From the NCBI RefSeq assembly GCF_009834535.1, contig NC_045697.1:49788001-49852000 (forward strand): a DNA stretch of 64,000 nt. Direction: 5' to 3'. Position 1 is the first letter of the stretch; each line of letters begins with the position of its first letter. The stretch comes from Camelus ferus. Lineage: Eukaryota. Position numbers and translations under genes: made by a program. Positions 1 through 12,865 of this stretch are shown here, piece by piece. The notes beneath the pieces were generated by a model. It did not search any database. It was not told where the DNA came from and saw only the letters and a list, made by a program, of their open reading frames with translations.

Positions 1-687
1 TTTAAAAATAAGCGTGTTGCACATTAGGGCAGGTACATTACACAGCTGCGTACATGATATTCCAGATTCAAGATAATGAAAAATGACCATGAAGAAGGCT
101 GCACATAAACATACACTGCATCCCAGGGCACTCAGGTAAACTCTGCATTAGCTGAAAAGCAGTTCAGACTCATTGTTGTTGGTTTCTCACTTTTAAACTT
201 TCCACATGGGTCTTATGAACACTTTTGCTCTTTGTGCAGATCTTCTAGTTTGACCACTTGGCTTTTCATCCTGTTGAGATGCTTTGGGCCATCTGTATGC
301 CCACTCTCAATTCACGCACCAAAAGTGTGGCTCATACACATGGACACACCACCTGGCTGTCAACCTCCTTAATTGGATAGCCAATGGGTTCAGACAGCCA
401 GATAAGAAAATGAAAATGAAATGGTGAAGACTTTCTTTAGGCATTGTAAAATGACCTGACTGTGAGGGCCTTTGTAAAGATTAAGCTTCATACACCCATG
501 AACTCTAATTATATCTACCAGATGTTATTGATAGAGATTATGAATTATATCTAATTTATAATTACACCTAAGTAAAAGTGAATATTCTATTTATAATAAT
601 ATTCAATGATTTCATTTATAATAACTTCAATAACCTTGGCATATTGAGTAAAAGGGAAGTAAATGGATATCATTCATGAATATTTTA

Positions 688-1330
688 TCAGGTAGGATGC
701 TTTTTGCTATACTAAATGGAATATTTAATCAAACCTAAAAATAAGAGTTCATGGTTTACATAGCCCAAGTCAGGAAATGACAGTTCCGAGGTTTGTTAAT
801 CCAGTAGCACAGCTGATGTGCAGGCTCTAGGATAGCTTCTCTTTTCTGTGATTCTTTTGATTTCATTTTATGGTCACAGAATGGCTGCCACAGCTCTAAG
901 CATCATGTCCTCACACAACTGAATTCAAACAGGAAGGAGAATGCTTTCTTTATGCTTTTTTAATTTTTTTAAATCATGGAAAAAAATCATTCTGAGAAGT
1001 CCTCAATAAGTTCCCCTCAGGTCCTTTTGACCAGAAGTGGGTCATATGTCCACTTGCACAACAATTGCTGATAAAGGAAATGGGATTAGCATGACTTAAT
1101 TATGTTTAATCTCCTAGGGCTGAGGTGGGGTCCAAACTTCTTGAGCACATTGCTCCCTCAAATCTGAACAAAATAAATATTATTAGTAAGGAAAAATGGG
1201 AAATGATGAGGGGAAAGGTATAGCTCAGTGGTAGAGTGCATGCTTAGTGTGCACAAGGTCCTAGGTTCAATCCTCAGTATTTCCATTAAAAAAAGGGAAA
1301 TGGCTTTTGGGGAGGAAAGCCACATTGTCT
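688..1330 (-). mobile_element. MLT1-type (MaLR) LTR, degraded, interrupted by a SINE
   Basis: Typical reverse-strand MLT1 motifs: ATGGCTGCCACAGCTC, GACCAGAAGTGGGTCATATGTCC, AAAGGAAATGGGATT. Confidence 0.7.
1210..1294 (+). mobile_element. Camelid tRNA-derived SINE (Vic-1 type), short-tail form
   Basis: A box TAGCTCAGTGG, B box GGTTCAATCC, A tail; flanked by aaaa(t/a)gggaaatg duplication. Confidence 0.9.
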
Positions 1331-1799
1331 GATGCTCATATTTTCGATTATTTCTTTAGAGGTTCTTTGGTTTCCTATTAATTGAAATGGAGACACATTC
1401 AGGGGTGAGAATCAAAGTCTAAGATTGAAAACATTACCTCTTACTGTATTCTACAGAAATATAAAAATATTTTGTGGGACAAGTTGTGTTACTTGCTAGT
1501 TTGGGCTCCTTATTAAATGGAAAACTTCCTGTCCAGAGCTCAGCCCCCATATGTGTCCCCATCATACTGCTACATGCTTGGAGTCTTCAGCAGGGTAGAA
1601 GGAGAAATGGAATGGCATGAGGGCTAAAGTTACAGGAGAAGCTCTTGGAGGAATTTTTAGGGGTATTTGGAGATCGAGGGAGAGCAGAGCTGTAGGGAGG
1701 GAAGTAGACATGAGGGGAAAGAGGATTTGAACATGTGTTACTATGAGCAGGTATTCACTCCCTTTATTATTCAAAAACACAGCTAAGAATGTGGGCTAA

Positions 1800-2290
1800 T
1801 CGAGCATTGATGCCTGGTAGCCTGTGTCTCTTTTCAACATTGCTCTGAGGGTTGTGGCTTCAGGTGGGCACATTCTCATAACTGATATTAAGGAGTAAGC
1901 ATAATCTTTTCTCCACGGACTCCTTTCCCAACTGAAAAGCCAATCTAGACCTGTTGGTACCTCCATGCTCAAGATCATCCCAAGTTCCAAGATGGCAGCT
2001 CAAGCATCAGCCACCTCATCAATATTCCAGCATGCAGGAAGGAAGACAAGGGAAGAAGTAGAGGAGGCTAAGGGCAGTGCTAATTGGTTTCATAAGGATG
2101 ATTCTTAGTAGCTGCCTCATTATACATTCACACATATCCCATTAATCAGAATTTAGTCATGTGGTCCACCTTGCTATTTGAGAGTCTGGAAATTCAGTCT
2201 TTATTCTGAGCAACCACATAATTAGCTAAAATTTCTATTACTATGGAAGAAAGGAAGAACGGATATTGGGGGAACAAGAAAAAGGAGCCT
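1800..2290 (-). mobile_element. MLT1-type LTR fragment
   Basis: CAAGATGGCAGCTC...CAGAATTTAGTCATGTGG...GGATATTGGGGGAACAA. Confidence 0.65.
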
Positions 2291-2369
2291 CTTCCAGACC
2301 CACAGCTCTCTCTGTGAATGGGAAGTAGACTAGCACTTTTATATATGTTTACTTTTGTCATTTATTTAG

Positions 2370-2710
2370 CATGGAATGTCTTTTTCCCCCTCTTTATCTC
2401 ACATACCTTTCTAACTCCTTTGTTGTCTACTGAATTTTTTCTCACCTTTAAAGCTTAATTCAATATCACTTCCTCAAAGGAGTCTTGTTAGACTCTACCA
2501 ATTAGAAATAACTTCTTCTGTGTTCCTTAGACCTTTTGCCCCCTACTTTCATTATAGCAAAGTGTTCATTCTGTTTCCCATTATTAGGAGTTGTTTATTT
2601 CTTCCTTTAGATTGTAAATTTCCTGAGGGCTGGGTCCTGGATTTAGTCACCACCAAATCCATACAGTGCCGACATGAAAGAGAAGGAAACTCATATCTTG
2701 TTTAAACCAA
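2370..2710 (+). mobile_element. L2 LINE 3' fragment
   Basis: TGGAATGTC...AATATCACTTCCTC...TAGATTGTAAATTTCCTGAGGGC resembles the L2 3' end. Confidence 0.7.
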
Positions 2711-2959
2711 TGTAATTTTGCACTTTTAATCATTCACAGTTAAGCACATTCCTGACTAATATAGGATCCTTCCCTTCTCTTTGCAGAGTTGGACACCACT
2801 CTATTTCTGAACTGATGATTATACAGATGCTATGTTGAGAGGGCTGGAACATTAAAAGAAATTAAGGAATGGAGGAAGGTTGGGAGATAGTCCTAAACTG
2901 GTACTCTGTTCTTGGTTTTCAGTGCTAGAGGGGTTCGTAGGGTGTCGAGGAAGGAGGAA

Positions 2960-3145
2960 GTCTTTGTAATCTGACATATCTGACTTAAAATCTTGGTTCA
3001 GTGACTTACAGATGTGTGACCCCAGGTAAGGAAATTATTCTCCTTAAGCCAGAATTTCAAGACCTGTAAAATGGAAATGAAAATACTTATTTTGCAGGGT
3101 TGTTTTGAGAATTAGGTAAAATGTCTGTAAAGAGCCTGGCACTTA
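2960..3145 (+). mobile_element. MIR SINE
   Basis: MIR core TGTGTGACC...CTGTAAAATGG...AGGGTTGTTTTGAGAATTA...CCTGGCAC. Confidence 0.8.
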
Positions 3146-3929
3146 AAGGATACCCATTCCTGGGCATTATTGTAATCATCATACTGCAGATTTGGAATGA
3201 TTAAGGGAAAAGCTCTATGTTGCCCTATCCCAGAGCCACAGGCTGATTACACATGGGTCAGGGGTTCTTGGAAAGAGATTTGCTATAGAAGGCAAGGAAT
3301 GTTATTACTAGTAAGAGAAATTGAGAGCATATCATTTATGCCCCTATAAATGAGATGAAATTTGGCATATTGACATCAACAACATTCCTCCAACATCCAT
3401 TTTTAAAGTCTCCGGATGAAAAACTTAGACACAAAGTACAGGCAGTCACTGATGCTCATGACAGTTGTAGCAATGTGTAGGGTAATAGTAAAAATGATGA
3501 AGGTGGCAATTCTATTGAAATCCGGGCTGAAGCATAGCTATTAGGTTGAATCCGTAGTTAGGACAGCCTGGGCTTTTCATAGTTCTCTAAGGAGGAGCAG
3601 TTAAACCCCAGATTTCGTCTTTATTGACAGCAATATAGAAGTTATGCATATCACAGACCACAAGCAATTGGTGACACAGCTGTTGGAACTTGAAGGTCAG
3701 AATAAATGAGTAACTGCTGCAATTTTAAGGAAGATTGGAGAAATTTATGTGAAGACTTGGTTTAAAAAATGGCTTGTGGACTCCCCAAAGCATATGAGTA
3801 ACTTTTTTGGATTTGTACCATGTAAAATCTCCATGAAGTTTTTGGTATCCTTTGAGGCTAATACCTAAGATGTATTCAGCATTTTCTAGTTTATTAAATG
3901 CTTTGATGCACCTTCACGAATTTAGTTAT

Positions 3930-4419
3930 TATATTCATTTTCTATTGCTGCATAGAAGGTTACTACACACTTGACTGTTTAAAACAGCACACGATTATCC
4001 TCTCACAGTTTCTATGGGTCAGAAATCTGGGCACAATTTAGCTGGGTTCTCTGCTTTGGGCCTCACGAGGCTGTAATTTAGGTATCAGCTGGGCTATATT
4101 CCCATCTGGAGGATCAACTAGGGAAAAACAAACTTGACTTCAAGTTCACCCAGGTTATTGGCAGAATTAATTTCTTGTGGTTGTAGGACTGAGAGCCCTG
4201 GTTTCTTGCTGGGCCCTTGGCTACTGGCACACAGGCTTTCCCGACTAGCCTATTGACTTTATCAAGCTGGAAAATAACATAATATAATCAGAGAGTGACC
4301 TCCTGTAACTTACACCATATTCAGTTGTCCTTCCCACACTCAAGGGGAGGGAGTTAAACAAAGGCACGGACACCAGGAAGAAGGGATCACAGTGGGCCAC
4401 CTGGAGTGTGTCGGCCACA
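3930..4419 (-). mobile_element. MLT1E/F-like LTR
   Basis: TATTGCTGCATA...CTCACAGTTTCTATGGGTCAG...GGCAGAATTAATTTCTTGTGGTTGTAGGACTGAG; ends CACA; probable 5-bp TSD gttat/attat. Confidence 0.8.
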
Positions 4420-4424
4420 ATTAT

Positions 4425-4590
4425 CAGCAGAGTCCTCTGAAAAGGCTTGGTAGGTGTTATCACTTCTGTTATACAGGTGAAGACAGATATTCAGTTATAG
4501 AGGTTAAATGGGCTGGTAAGGAAGATGACACAGTTAATAGGTGGTAAGACTAGACCCAGGATCCCTAAGTCCTAGTTCTATGCTCTAGCC
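4425..4590 (-). mobile_element. MIR SINE
   Basis: TTATACAGGTGAAGA...AGAGGTTAAAT...ACACAGTTAATAGGTGG...ACCCAGG. Confidence 0.65.
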
Positions 4591-4751
4591 ATCAGTATCT
4601 GTCTTCCATAGCTTTGTATCTACCTGACCATCCATTCATGCGTCCAGCCATCATAGTCTAGTGTTCTTTTCACTATATGCGTCTTGTATCAATGTGAGCA
4701 ATATTCAGCAAACTCATCTCTTTGAACCCAGAAGAACTGCCTCATTGTCAC

Positions 4752-5180
4752 TGTATTAGACAGGTTAGATTAGAGTTTCCTGTGGTAAAAGATAACTTCA
4801 AAATCTCAATTATTTGACACAACAAAGGTTAATTTCTTGCTCGTGTTATACATCCATTGCAGGTCAGCTGGGTTATTTGCTCCACGGTTTCTTACTTGAG
4901 GATGCAGTTTGTTGTTGTAGTCACAATCTTGAATGTTGCCAATCCCTACTCCACAGGGAAAAGAGAACTCTGGTGAGTCTTGCAATGGCAATTAAATGCT
5001 CTGACCTGGAAGGGAAATATATGGCATTAGCTTAAAACTCAGCTCAGAACTACTCCAGTGACTCTACCCAACCGTACCAGAGCCAGAAAGTCCAATTCAA
5101 GGCTATTCCCAGGAGTGGGGAGACCCAGGAATAATTGGCATATGACTAGAGAAATAATGACTGCCTTAGCCAGGAAGCTA
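4752..5180 (-). mobile_element. MLT1-type LTR fragment
   Basis: TGTATTAG...TCAAAATCTCAAT...ACAACAAAGGTTAATTTCTTGCTC. Confidence 0.6.
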
Positions 5181-5356
5181 GCCCACCACACAGTGAGCCC
5201 CTGTCACCTTTGCATTGTTCAGGCCCTGACCTGTCTAACACGCTGCTTCTAGCCCTGTTCCTGATAGCTTCAGCTTTTGACTCATTTGCTTGACTCTTGA
5301 CTTATTTATATCTTCAGAGCTGTATCTCTTCTAAACCTAAGGTTTTCAACCACTTC

Positions 5357-5987
5357 TGTTACCAAATCAACCTTGGGTCCTCTCTCCTGTGACCAGTAAA
5401 GCCAATCTACTGACACCAGGATGTGGTGAAGGAAAGTGAGGGGTTTATCACAGGGCACCAAGCAAGGAGTCCAGGCAATTAATTCTCAACAGACCTGAAC
5501 TTCCCAAAGGCTTTCAGGGAAAAGTTTTTAGAGGGTGAGGGAGTGGGGTTATGGGATATGAGATCATCTCATGGACATTCTTCTGATTGGTTGGTAGTGT
5601 AACCTGGAGTCAAAATCTCAACCTTCTGGTTCCAACCAGTCTTGGGTCTATGTGCTTGTGGGCAGCATACAGTTAACTTCTTCCACCTGTTGGATGGCTC
5701 AGGATCTGCAAAGCAACTCAAAGGACATGGATCAAAATATTATCTATAGCCCTTGAGGAGGAACTAAAGGTCCTTGACTTTGTTTAATAGCCAAACTATT
5801 ACTATTTTGTCTTGCTTGACTGTTTTTCTTGTTTCTGCATTTTCTCACTTCTCTGATCAAATTAATTCTTTGAAACTAGGAGAAGGCCGGGAGGCTAAAG
5901 TTTTTCTACAAACAAGAGGCAGGTGAAGGACATGGTAGAGTGTGTTGCCTGTCCCAGGAAGGCCCCATCGGGTCCTGCTCGGTCACA
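5357..5987 (-). mobile_element. ERV1-class solo LTR
   Basis: TG...CA termini, 4-bp TSD CTTC (5353-5356 / 5988-5991), CCAAT box on minus strand (CTGATTGG), 631 bp. Confidence 0.85.
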
Positions 5988-7204
5988 CTTCTCCCAGTCT
6001 TTTTTCTGCTTTTCTTCTGGATCAAAATTTTATCTTTGTATTCTTAATAACATTGTTTTCAGCCATTTTAGGTAAACAATTCACCACTTCTTGCTGCACT
6101 CTTGGGACCCTAAACCCAGATCCAGACCTTATGAACTGATGCCTCTGTGAAGTTGAGCAAGTCATTGATAATGCCATGACAATACCACATGGGGAGAAAT
6201 ACATGATTATATCCTTCAGTATTCCCCTGAGTGTCTTTCTTCAGAGATATGTAGGCACTGATTTAAATTCAATTAACAAGTGTCATCAAAAAGGGAAACA
6301 TCAATGAAAAAAAAACCCAGATCAAAGGATTAGGCATGACTCAACCCAGCAGGAGAGCAGAGCTGACCACTCTCAAGGTGAGCAGTTAACTGGAGAAAGG
6401 TGAACAGCAATAACAACACGAACTATCTGCTGCACACTCCTTTTTGGCTCAATGGGAAGGCTGCAACAAGTGAGCTAAAATATTAATGCCATGGGAAACC
6501 ATCTCAGAAGAATATTGGATTAGTACAACAGTCTCGGTGGGGGCCTGCACTGCTGGAGCAAGGTATTAAAGAATAAAGAAGCAGCTGGATTAAACATATG
6601 TTCACAGCAGAAGGAATATTTTTCATCCCACCGCTGTATTCTATTTCATCATTTTAAGCATTTCTGTCAACTTACAGACTAAATTGTGTTCACTTTTGTG
6701 GTGTATAAATTTCATCACCACTCCAGCACAGGAAAGAAATTTGCTGAGGACGAGGAAAGTGGTGGATTAGGAGAAACAAATTGTGGGAAATATCTCCTTT
6801 ATTAGTAAACCCTAAGATTTAGCCTCAGATAGAGTACTTGCTGGTCAGGGGGTGACTGGCTCAAAAAAGCCTCTTCTGCCTCTGAGAAGCTCCCAGTTTG
6901 ATTCTTGTGATCATAGTCAGACTGTGCAGCCCTTGAGTGTCTGAAGCTTTCCTGGTTCAACTTTTAGGCTCCAATTCATACTTAAGCAAAAGCACAGCCA
7001 AGTTTCCCCCAGCACAGCCAATGAGTCTGAATTATTAAAAACTTTGAAAGATCAAAGCGATGCATAAACCTTTGTAAGTTATCTTATAAGTAGAGGTCTT
7101 AAGATAAGATCTGTATTTTACAAGAGTAGGTCTTTTCTGTAGTTTGCTAGGGTTCACTAGTCCTATCACCTTGCACTCTCTGTCTTGCTGTCTTTATCTG
7201 AGTT

Positions 7205-7650
7205 TTGCCAAAGTCAGCCCCTGAACCGTGGCTCTGTATTTGGCTTGTTTTGGGCGGTTATCCCAGGAAGCACAGTGAGGGAGTGAAGAAGTGAGGCAGG
7301 CAAGAGAGGGAAGCCAAGAGAGTTAATGAGTGGTTGCCACTTGGGGGCCCTCCGAGAAAGTGCAGAGCACACCTCAGATTGTCCTACTGAAGGGAATGGA
7401 AGATGGGGTGTTGATCCACCAGCTCCCATCCTTCGCAGTGGAGAGTTGGTCCTGGGGATGCTAACTCTGCGGCATTTCCAGCCTGCCGTGCATGTGTGGT
7501 GGGCACACTCCTGAAGAAGGCCTTCAGTAGAGAGATGGAGGTGCTGGATGAGGAAGCCATCAGGAGAGTGAACTCTCCGCTGAAGCTATAGGTGCCCTCC
7601 GGGGTGGGGGTGCCCAGGGAATATGGGTGGGGCCCCAACAGCATCAGCTT
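7205..7650 (-). mobile_element. LTR16-type (ERVL) LTR
   Basis: TCCCAGGAAGCAC...GGGAAGCCAA...CACACCTCAGATTGTCC resembles reverse LTR16. Confidence 0.7.
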
Positions 7651-7664
7651 CAAGAAGCCCTAAT

Positions 7665-7950
7665 CGTTCCACATATAAGTGACAACATATGGTATTTTTC
7701 TTTCTCTTTCTAGCTTACTTCACTTAGAATGATGATCTAAGATTTGCAGATACTAGCTACTACATATAAAATAGACAAGTTTCTAATGTAGAGCACAAGG
7801 AGGAGCTACATTCAATATCTTGTAGTAATCTATAATGAAAAGAGTATGAAAATGAATATATGTATGTGTGTGTATGACTGAAACATTATGCTTGTACATC
7901 AGAAATTGATATGTTATAAACTGACTATACTTCAAATAAAAAAAATTTTA
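7665..7950 (+). mobile_element. 5'-truncated L1 with 5' inversion (twin priming)
   Basis: 7665-7737 antisense L1 3'UTR, ~7738-7950 sense 3' end with A tail; TSD aagaagccctaat/aaaaatccctaat. Confidence 0.85.
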
Positions 7951-9070
7951 AAAAATCCCTAATGGGTCAGCACAACTTCACAGGCTTCTCACTAAGGTTG
8001 CTCACTGCCCTGCTTCTGGTCTGTCTTAGCCATCTGATGTCTGTCTCTATCTCACAAGAACTAGCCTCTTGCAATTGTAGTGCTCAGTGAATGGTGCACA
8101 TACATGCGCACACACACATACACACACACATTTTGTAGAAGCAGTTTATACGACACTCAAAATTTTAGTTTGTCATAATTTCCCATTCCCCCTAGTGCTA
8201 GAAAGTGTCTTTGATATGCTATAGTGATGAAATTTACTCCTGCAAACACTGCTACAACTGTAGCATTTACATGCTTAAAAATAGTTTACATTCTTAAAAA
8301 TCCACTACAAATGAAACCATAATGATAAAATGCTTATAACACAGAAGCTCTTTACTTGTAATATGGTTGCCAATTTTCTCACACTACCGGGCATGTGTGT
8401 GAAGTAAACATATAACCGATCTAATGGTTTTCATCAGTCCTCCGCCCTACTGGGTAGTGGGTGAGAATGAAATTTTAGGTCAATATGATATACTCTGGCT
8501 GATCGTATACTTTAAACAGTCTCTTTAGATTAGCGCAGTTTTGTGTGGATGAGTCAGGATTATGTATTTTCTTCCTTCACCTGTTCCTCTCCAAGATGAA
8601 GCAGCTAAGGTGACTTCATCGTGTTAGTGGCTCAGGACAGTCCTTGGTGGGCTCTGGCTGGCAGCTGCTGAGAAGAGGTTGTTCTGATCCCATCTCTGGG
8701 CATCCTGTTATTTTTCTACTTCTGATGTCCTGCATTTTTTTCTTGGCTTTGTTGCGTCCTTTCAGCTGTGAGTCCTACCCAGTACCTGACCTAGACCTTT
8801 TGCCCTGTAGCCTTCAGCCCAGGGTCATTGTGCCTTTGTCAGAGTAAACTTGGGAGGCTGGGCAGTTGAAATCGCCAGGACTACCCTCTCTGGAGTATGT
8901 GGGAACTTCTGTTCACCCTCCATGCCACCTGGGGGTCGCAGGAGACAGGCCCTCTCCCTTTGTATATCACACCTTACTGCCTGTCTTATACTCTTCAATA
9001 CTCACCTGAGACATCTCTATGGAGGATAAGGGACAAGCAAAAATAGAATCTCCAAGAAGATAAAACCAAG

Positions 9071-9129
9071 GGCATGAAAGGCACGGAGGACAGTGGGCAT
9101 GAAAGGCACTGAGGACTGCAGGCATGAAA
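9071..9129. repeat. 25-bp tandem repeat, ~2.4 copies
   Basis: GGCATGAAAGGCACGGAGGACAGTG / GGCATGAAAGGCACTGAGGACTGCA / GGCATGAAA. Confidence 0.85.
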
Positions 9130-9174
9130 ATCCTTCCCAGTGAGCAGAACAAGGGGGCTGCTAGACTAGCTAAC

Positions 9175-9680
9175 TGTCAAGAGTCAAGGCCCTCTGAAGA
9201 GACAGAATCAACAGAATATATAAAAGATTCATTATGAAGGATTGGCCCACGGGATTATGGAGACTGAGAAGACCCACAATCTGCCATCTGCATGCTGGGG
9301 AGTAGTTCAAGTCTAAACCCTGAAAACTAGGGGAGCCAACAGTGTTAAGTCCCAGTCTGAGTCCAAAAGCCCAAGAACCTTTAAAGAATTCATCCAAGTC
9401 CAAAGATCTGAGAATTAAGAGCACTCATGTCTGAGGGCAGGAGAAGGTGGATGTCCCAGCTCAGGGACAAAGTCACCCTTCCTCCAACTTTTGTTCTATT
9501 CAGATCCTCAGCAGATTTGGTGATGCCCACTTGCATGGGTGAGGGTGAACTTTGCTCAGTCTACTGATTCCAGTGCTAATCTCTCCCAGAAACATTCTCA
9601 CAGACACATCCCAGAATAATGTTTACCCAACTATCTGGGCATCCCTTCGCCCAGTCAAGTTGACATAATTAACCATCACA
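9175..9680 (-). mobile_element. MLT2B-like (ERVL) solo LTR
   Basis: GATTATGGAGACTGAGAAG...CCCAGTCAAGTTGACATAATTAACCATCACA; TSD ctaac/ctaag. Confidence 0.9.
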
Positions 9681-10669
9681 CTAAGCAAAAAAGTTCCTCC
9701 ACTGCCAGGGCAGGGCTAACAATTGCTGTCTTATTCTCCAACAATGTGCACTGTGTCTGTTGGGGGCAGCTTGCTTTTCAGTTTGTAGGTTTCCAAACTG
9801 TGAGAAGCTGCATTTAGACCTGATGGAGAAGACTGCACATTGCTCAGAGATCCTGGAGTTGGAATTGGATGCTACTTTGATCAGATTTTGTGGTTATCTC
9901 CCTTGGATACTTAGATGCTCATGGATATTTGCATGGTCAGAGGTAGTCTGACAGATATTTCTAGGTTGCTCCTATTGGTTCTGTGTCTGTAGAATTCATG
10001 GTCTAAAGTGAGACACATTTGAGAGTGAAAAGGGACTTTCAGAACAATTAACACTGTGCAATTATAATGAATTAAAATTATTTCCAAACAATCAAATCAA
10101 CAGTTGTAGATTTACCCCAAGCATTAAATGACTGTAACAAGAGAATTCAGACCACTATCCTGTACATCCCATGTCAAGACTGCTCAGCTCCATTTCTGCA
10201 CATTTATTTCATGTGCACCCACCCTATCATTTCCCACTGGCTCCATTGACTAGTGGCTTAGAGGCTTTGTATACCTCATAGCCTGGGGCGAAGCTCACAA
10301 CGTAGCTGGCGGATCCATCAGTGGCTGGTGGAGACAGCAGCAACAAATATTTTGCCACCATTACCGAAGATCAGGAGGAGTTGGCTGTTGAACCTGCTTT
10401 TGTCTGAACACATTTTATCAGTGAGTTCCCTGCATTTGGGGTCTTACAGGGAGGCGTTAGCTCTGTTGCATCTGTTGCAAAGGATGAAGAAGAGAGAAGC
10501 GGGTTATTGCTTGTTGTCTTTGGGACTTCACCAGGTGTTTCTGTGAGTCTTCACAAGCAGCTCACACACTACCAGACAGTTCCTGGCACAGATGAAAAGT
10601 GGAACTCTACCAAGCCCTTCCCAGCTTATTTGAATACAATATTCGGTAATAATTCATTTCATAAAAAAG

Positions 10670-10772
10670 GAAAATCCCAGGACAAGTGGTAAACTGTCAG
10701 GGACATAGGGATAATGAGCTGGGATAATCTCTGGGACAGTCCCAGGCCAATCAGGGTACATGGTCAGACCAT
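10670..10772 (-). mobile_element. hAT-Blackjack MITE (MER81/MER94-like)
   Basis: GGGACAGTCCCAGGCCAATCAGGGTACATGGTCA resembles the family terminus. Confidence 0.55.
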
Positions 10773-10779
10773 CTGAAAT

Positions 10780-11735
10780 TCCATTCTCTCCTCATGCTTT
10801 AGTAGTAGCATCTCCACTTTCTAGCTGAGTATGTGGCTACCCAGAAAGAATTCTTCCTAGCAGGGTGGCAAGTGAGCCTTCTAGTTTCCAGGTGTGGAGT
10901 GGCAGTGGAACAGGGGTGTCATCCAGGTCCTGGTGCAGGGGTGCCAGCTGCAGCACCCAGTGTGGGGCGATGACCTGATAGCGGGATTTTAGCTGTGGTG
11001 TTGGTGTCCCTCCTGTTTTCTGAGCCTTATCCTCTGGCCTTCCTGGTAATTCTGTTAGCTTTCTAATATTATTTCAGTAAACATCTTTCTCCTTGAATCA
11101 ATGTCTGTACTGTTCGAATAAGAGCACTGACTGACTTAGGGAGCTGACCCTAGATGACATTTTCTGGTGGGTAAAAAATTTCCCTAACATTCCTTAAGGC
11201 CAGTGTATGGACATTTGCTGTTTTGGTCCTTTTAGCATCCACACCCCCTTGGCATGTAACCCCGGCCTGACCAGTTACACATAGCACTCCATTCTCTGAC
11301 CATTGAGGTTTGTCAAGGATGAACACACGTCTAGCCAGGCCAACCAAAATCTTTCTCAAGAATGGAGAATTTCACCGAAGAAATTGGGAGAGATGAACTC
11401 ATGTTCTCTCTCTCTTCTTGCACCAGGAGCTGCTCAAGGTCTAGTGTATTGGCAGCAATGTCTCTGCCAGACTGATAAAGAGTGTGGAGTAGATTCTTGT
11501 TGGAGAAAGAGAGAGGAGTAGAGAGATAGAAGAGGGAGGGGGGAGAAAGTGAAGAGGAGGGGAGAGAAAGGAAAGGAAGAGTGTTTTGACAATCTCATTT
11601 GAATTCTTAGGCCCGGCTGAGTCTGAAGCCCAGATCCAATCCTATACTTCCTGATTATGTGACCCAGTGTCTTCCCTTTTGTCTTAAGCCATTTGAGATC
11701 AGTTTATTTAATTCACAGTGGAAAAGACTCTGCTC
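10780..11735 (+). mobile_element. Two degraded MLT1-type LTR fragments
   Basis: 3'-end motifs such as CCCTTTTGTCTTAAGCCATTTGAG and AGAGCACTGACTGA. Confidence 0.5.
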
Positions 11736-11885
11736 ACTGTAGCTGGATTTGTGTAAGTCCTTGGCTGGACTAGATCCTCCTAGGCTGGGAAGCAGCAGGT
11801 AGGGGTCCTAGTAATGAACTAATGTTTCCTTTCTATCTAGTTTATGCATCTGATTAACAATCTTTATTTATTTAGGGGCATTTTT

Positions 11886-12865
11886 AAAAAACTTTTTTTT
11901 ATTGAGTTATAGTCATTTTACAATCTTGTGTCAAATTCCAGTGTAGAGCACAATTTTTCAGTTATACATGAACATACATATATTCATTGTCACATTTTTT
12001 TTTTGCTGTGAGCTACAAGATCTTGTATATATTTCCCTGTGCTATACAGTATAATCTTGTTTATCTATTCTACATAGCTAGAATATATAAATAGCTCATA
12101 TGACCTAATAAGAAAAAACCAAACAACCCAATCCAAAAATGCACAGAAGACCTAAACAAGCAATTTTCCAAGGAAGAAATACAAATGATCAATAGGCACA
12201 TGAAAAAATGCTCAATATCACTAACTATCAGAGAAATGCAAATCAAAACTATGATGAGATATCACCTCACACCAGCCACAATGGCCATCATTCAAAAGTC
12301 CACAAATGACAATGCTGGAGAGGCTGTGGAGAAAAGGGAACCCTCCTACACTGCTGGTGGGAATGCAGTTTGGTGCAGCCACTGCTGAAAACAGTATGGA
12401 GATTCTTCAAAAGACTAGGAATAGACTTACCATATGACCCAGGAATCCCGCTCCTGGGCTTATATCCAGAAGGAACCCTACTTCAAAAAGACACCTGCAC
12501 CCCAGTGTTCATAGCAGCACTATTTACAATAGCCAAGACATGGAAACAGCCTAAATGTCCATCAACAGATGACTGGATAAAGAAGTGGTGGTATATTTAT
12601 ACAATGGAATACTATTCAGCCATAAAAATAACAACATAACACCATTTGCAGCAACATGGTTGTCCCTGGAGAATGTCATTTTAAGTGAAGCAAACCAGAA
12701 AGAGAAAGAAAAATACCATATGAGATCGTTCATATGTGGGATCTAAAAAAAAAAAAAATACAAAACAGAAACAAACTCATAGACATAGAATACATACTTG
12801 TGGTTGCAATTGGGGTGGGGTTTGGAAAGGGACAGACTGGGATTTCAAAATTTGTAGATACTTAC
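11886..12865 (-). mobile_element. Young L1 3' end with 5' inversion; includes ORF2 C-terminal fragment
   Basis: Poly-T plus antisense 3' end 11886-12074, then sense ORF2 end/3'UTR 12075-12860 (ORFs [43 protein letters not shown]); TSD aggggcat(t/g)ttt. Confidence 0.93.

Noticed and set aside
1210..1294. Apparent tRNA gene (A and B boxes)
   Set aside because: A tail, TSD and multiple diverged copies show it is a tRNA-derived SINE
8190..8530. Possible ancient DNA transposon fragment
   Set aside because: No termini or family motif I can verify; likewise 1-400 and 45360-45720
10450..10542. 93-nt open candidate exon (TTACAG|...|GTGAGT)
   Set aside because: Weak polypyrimidine tract, unrecognised peptide, no partner exons
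12185..12639. ORFs resembling a real protein (HMKKCSISL..., DTCTPVFIAALF...)
   Set aside because: L1 ORF2 C-terminal fragments from a truncated, frameshifted copy; the same applies to 13727-13975, 33168-33389 and 42678-42974
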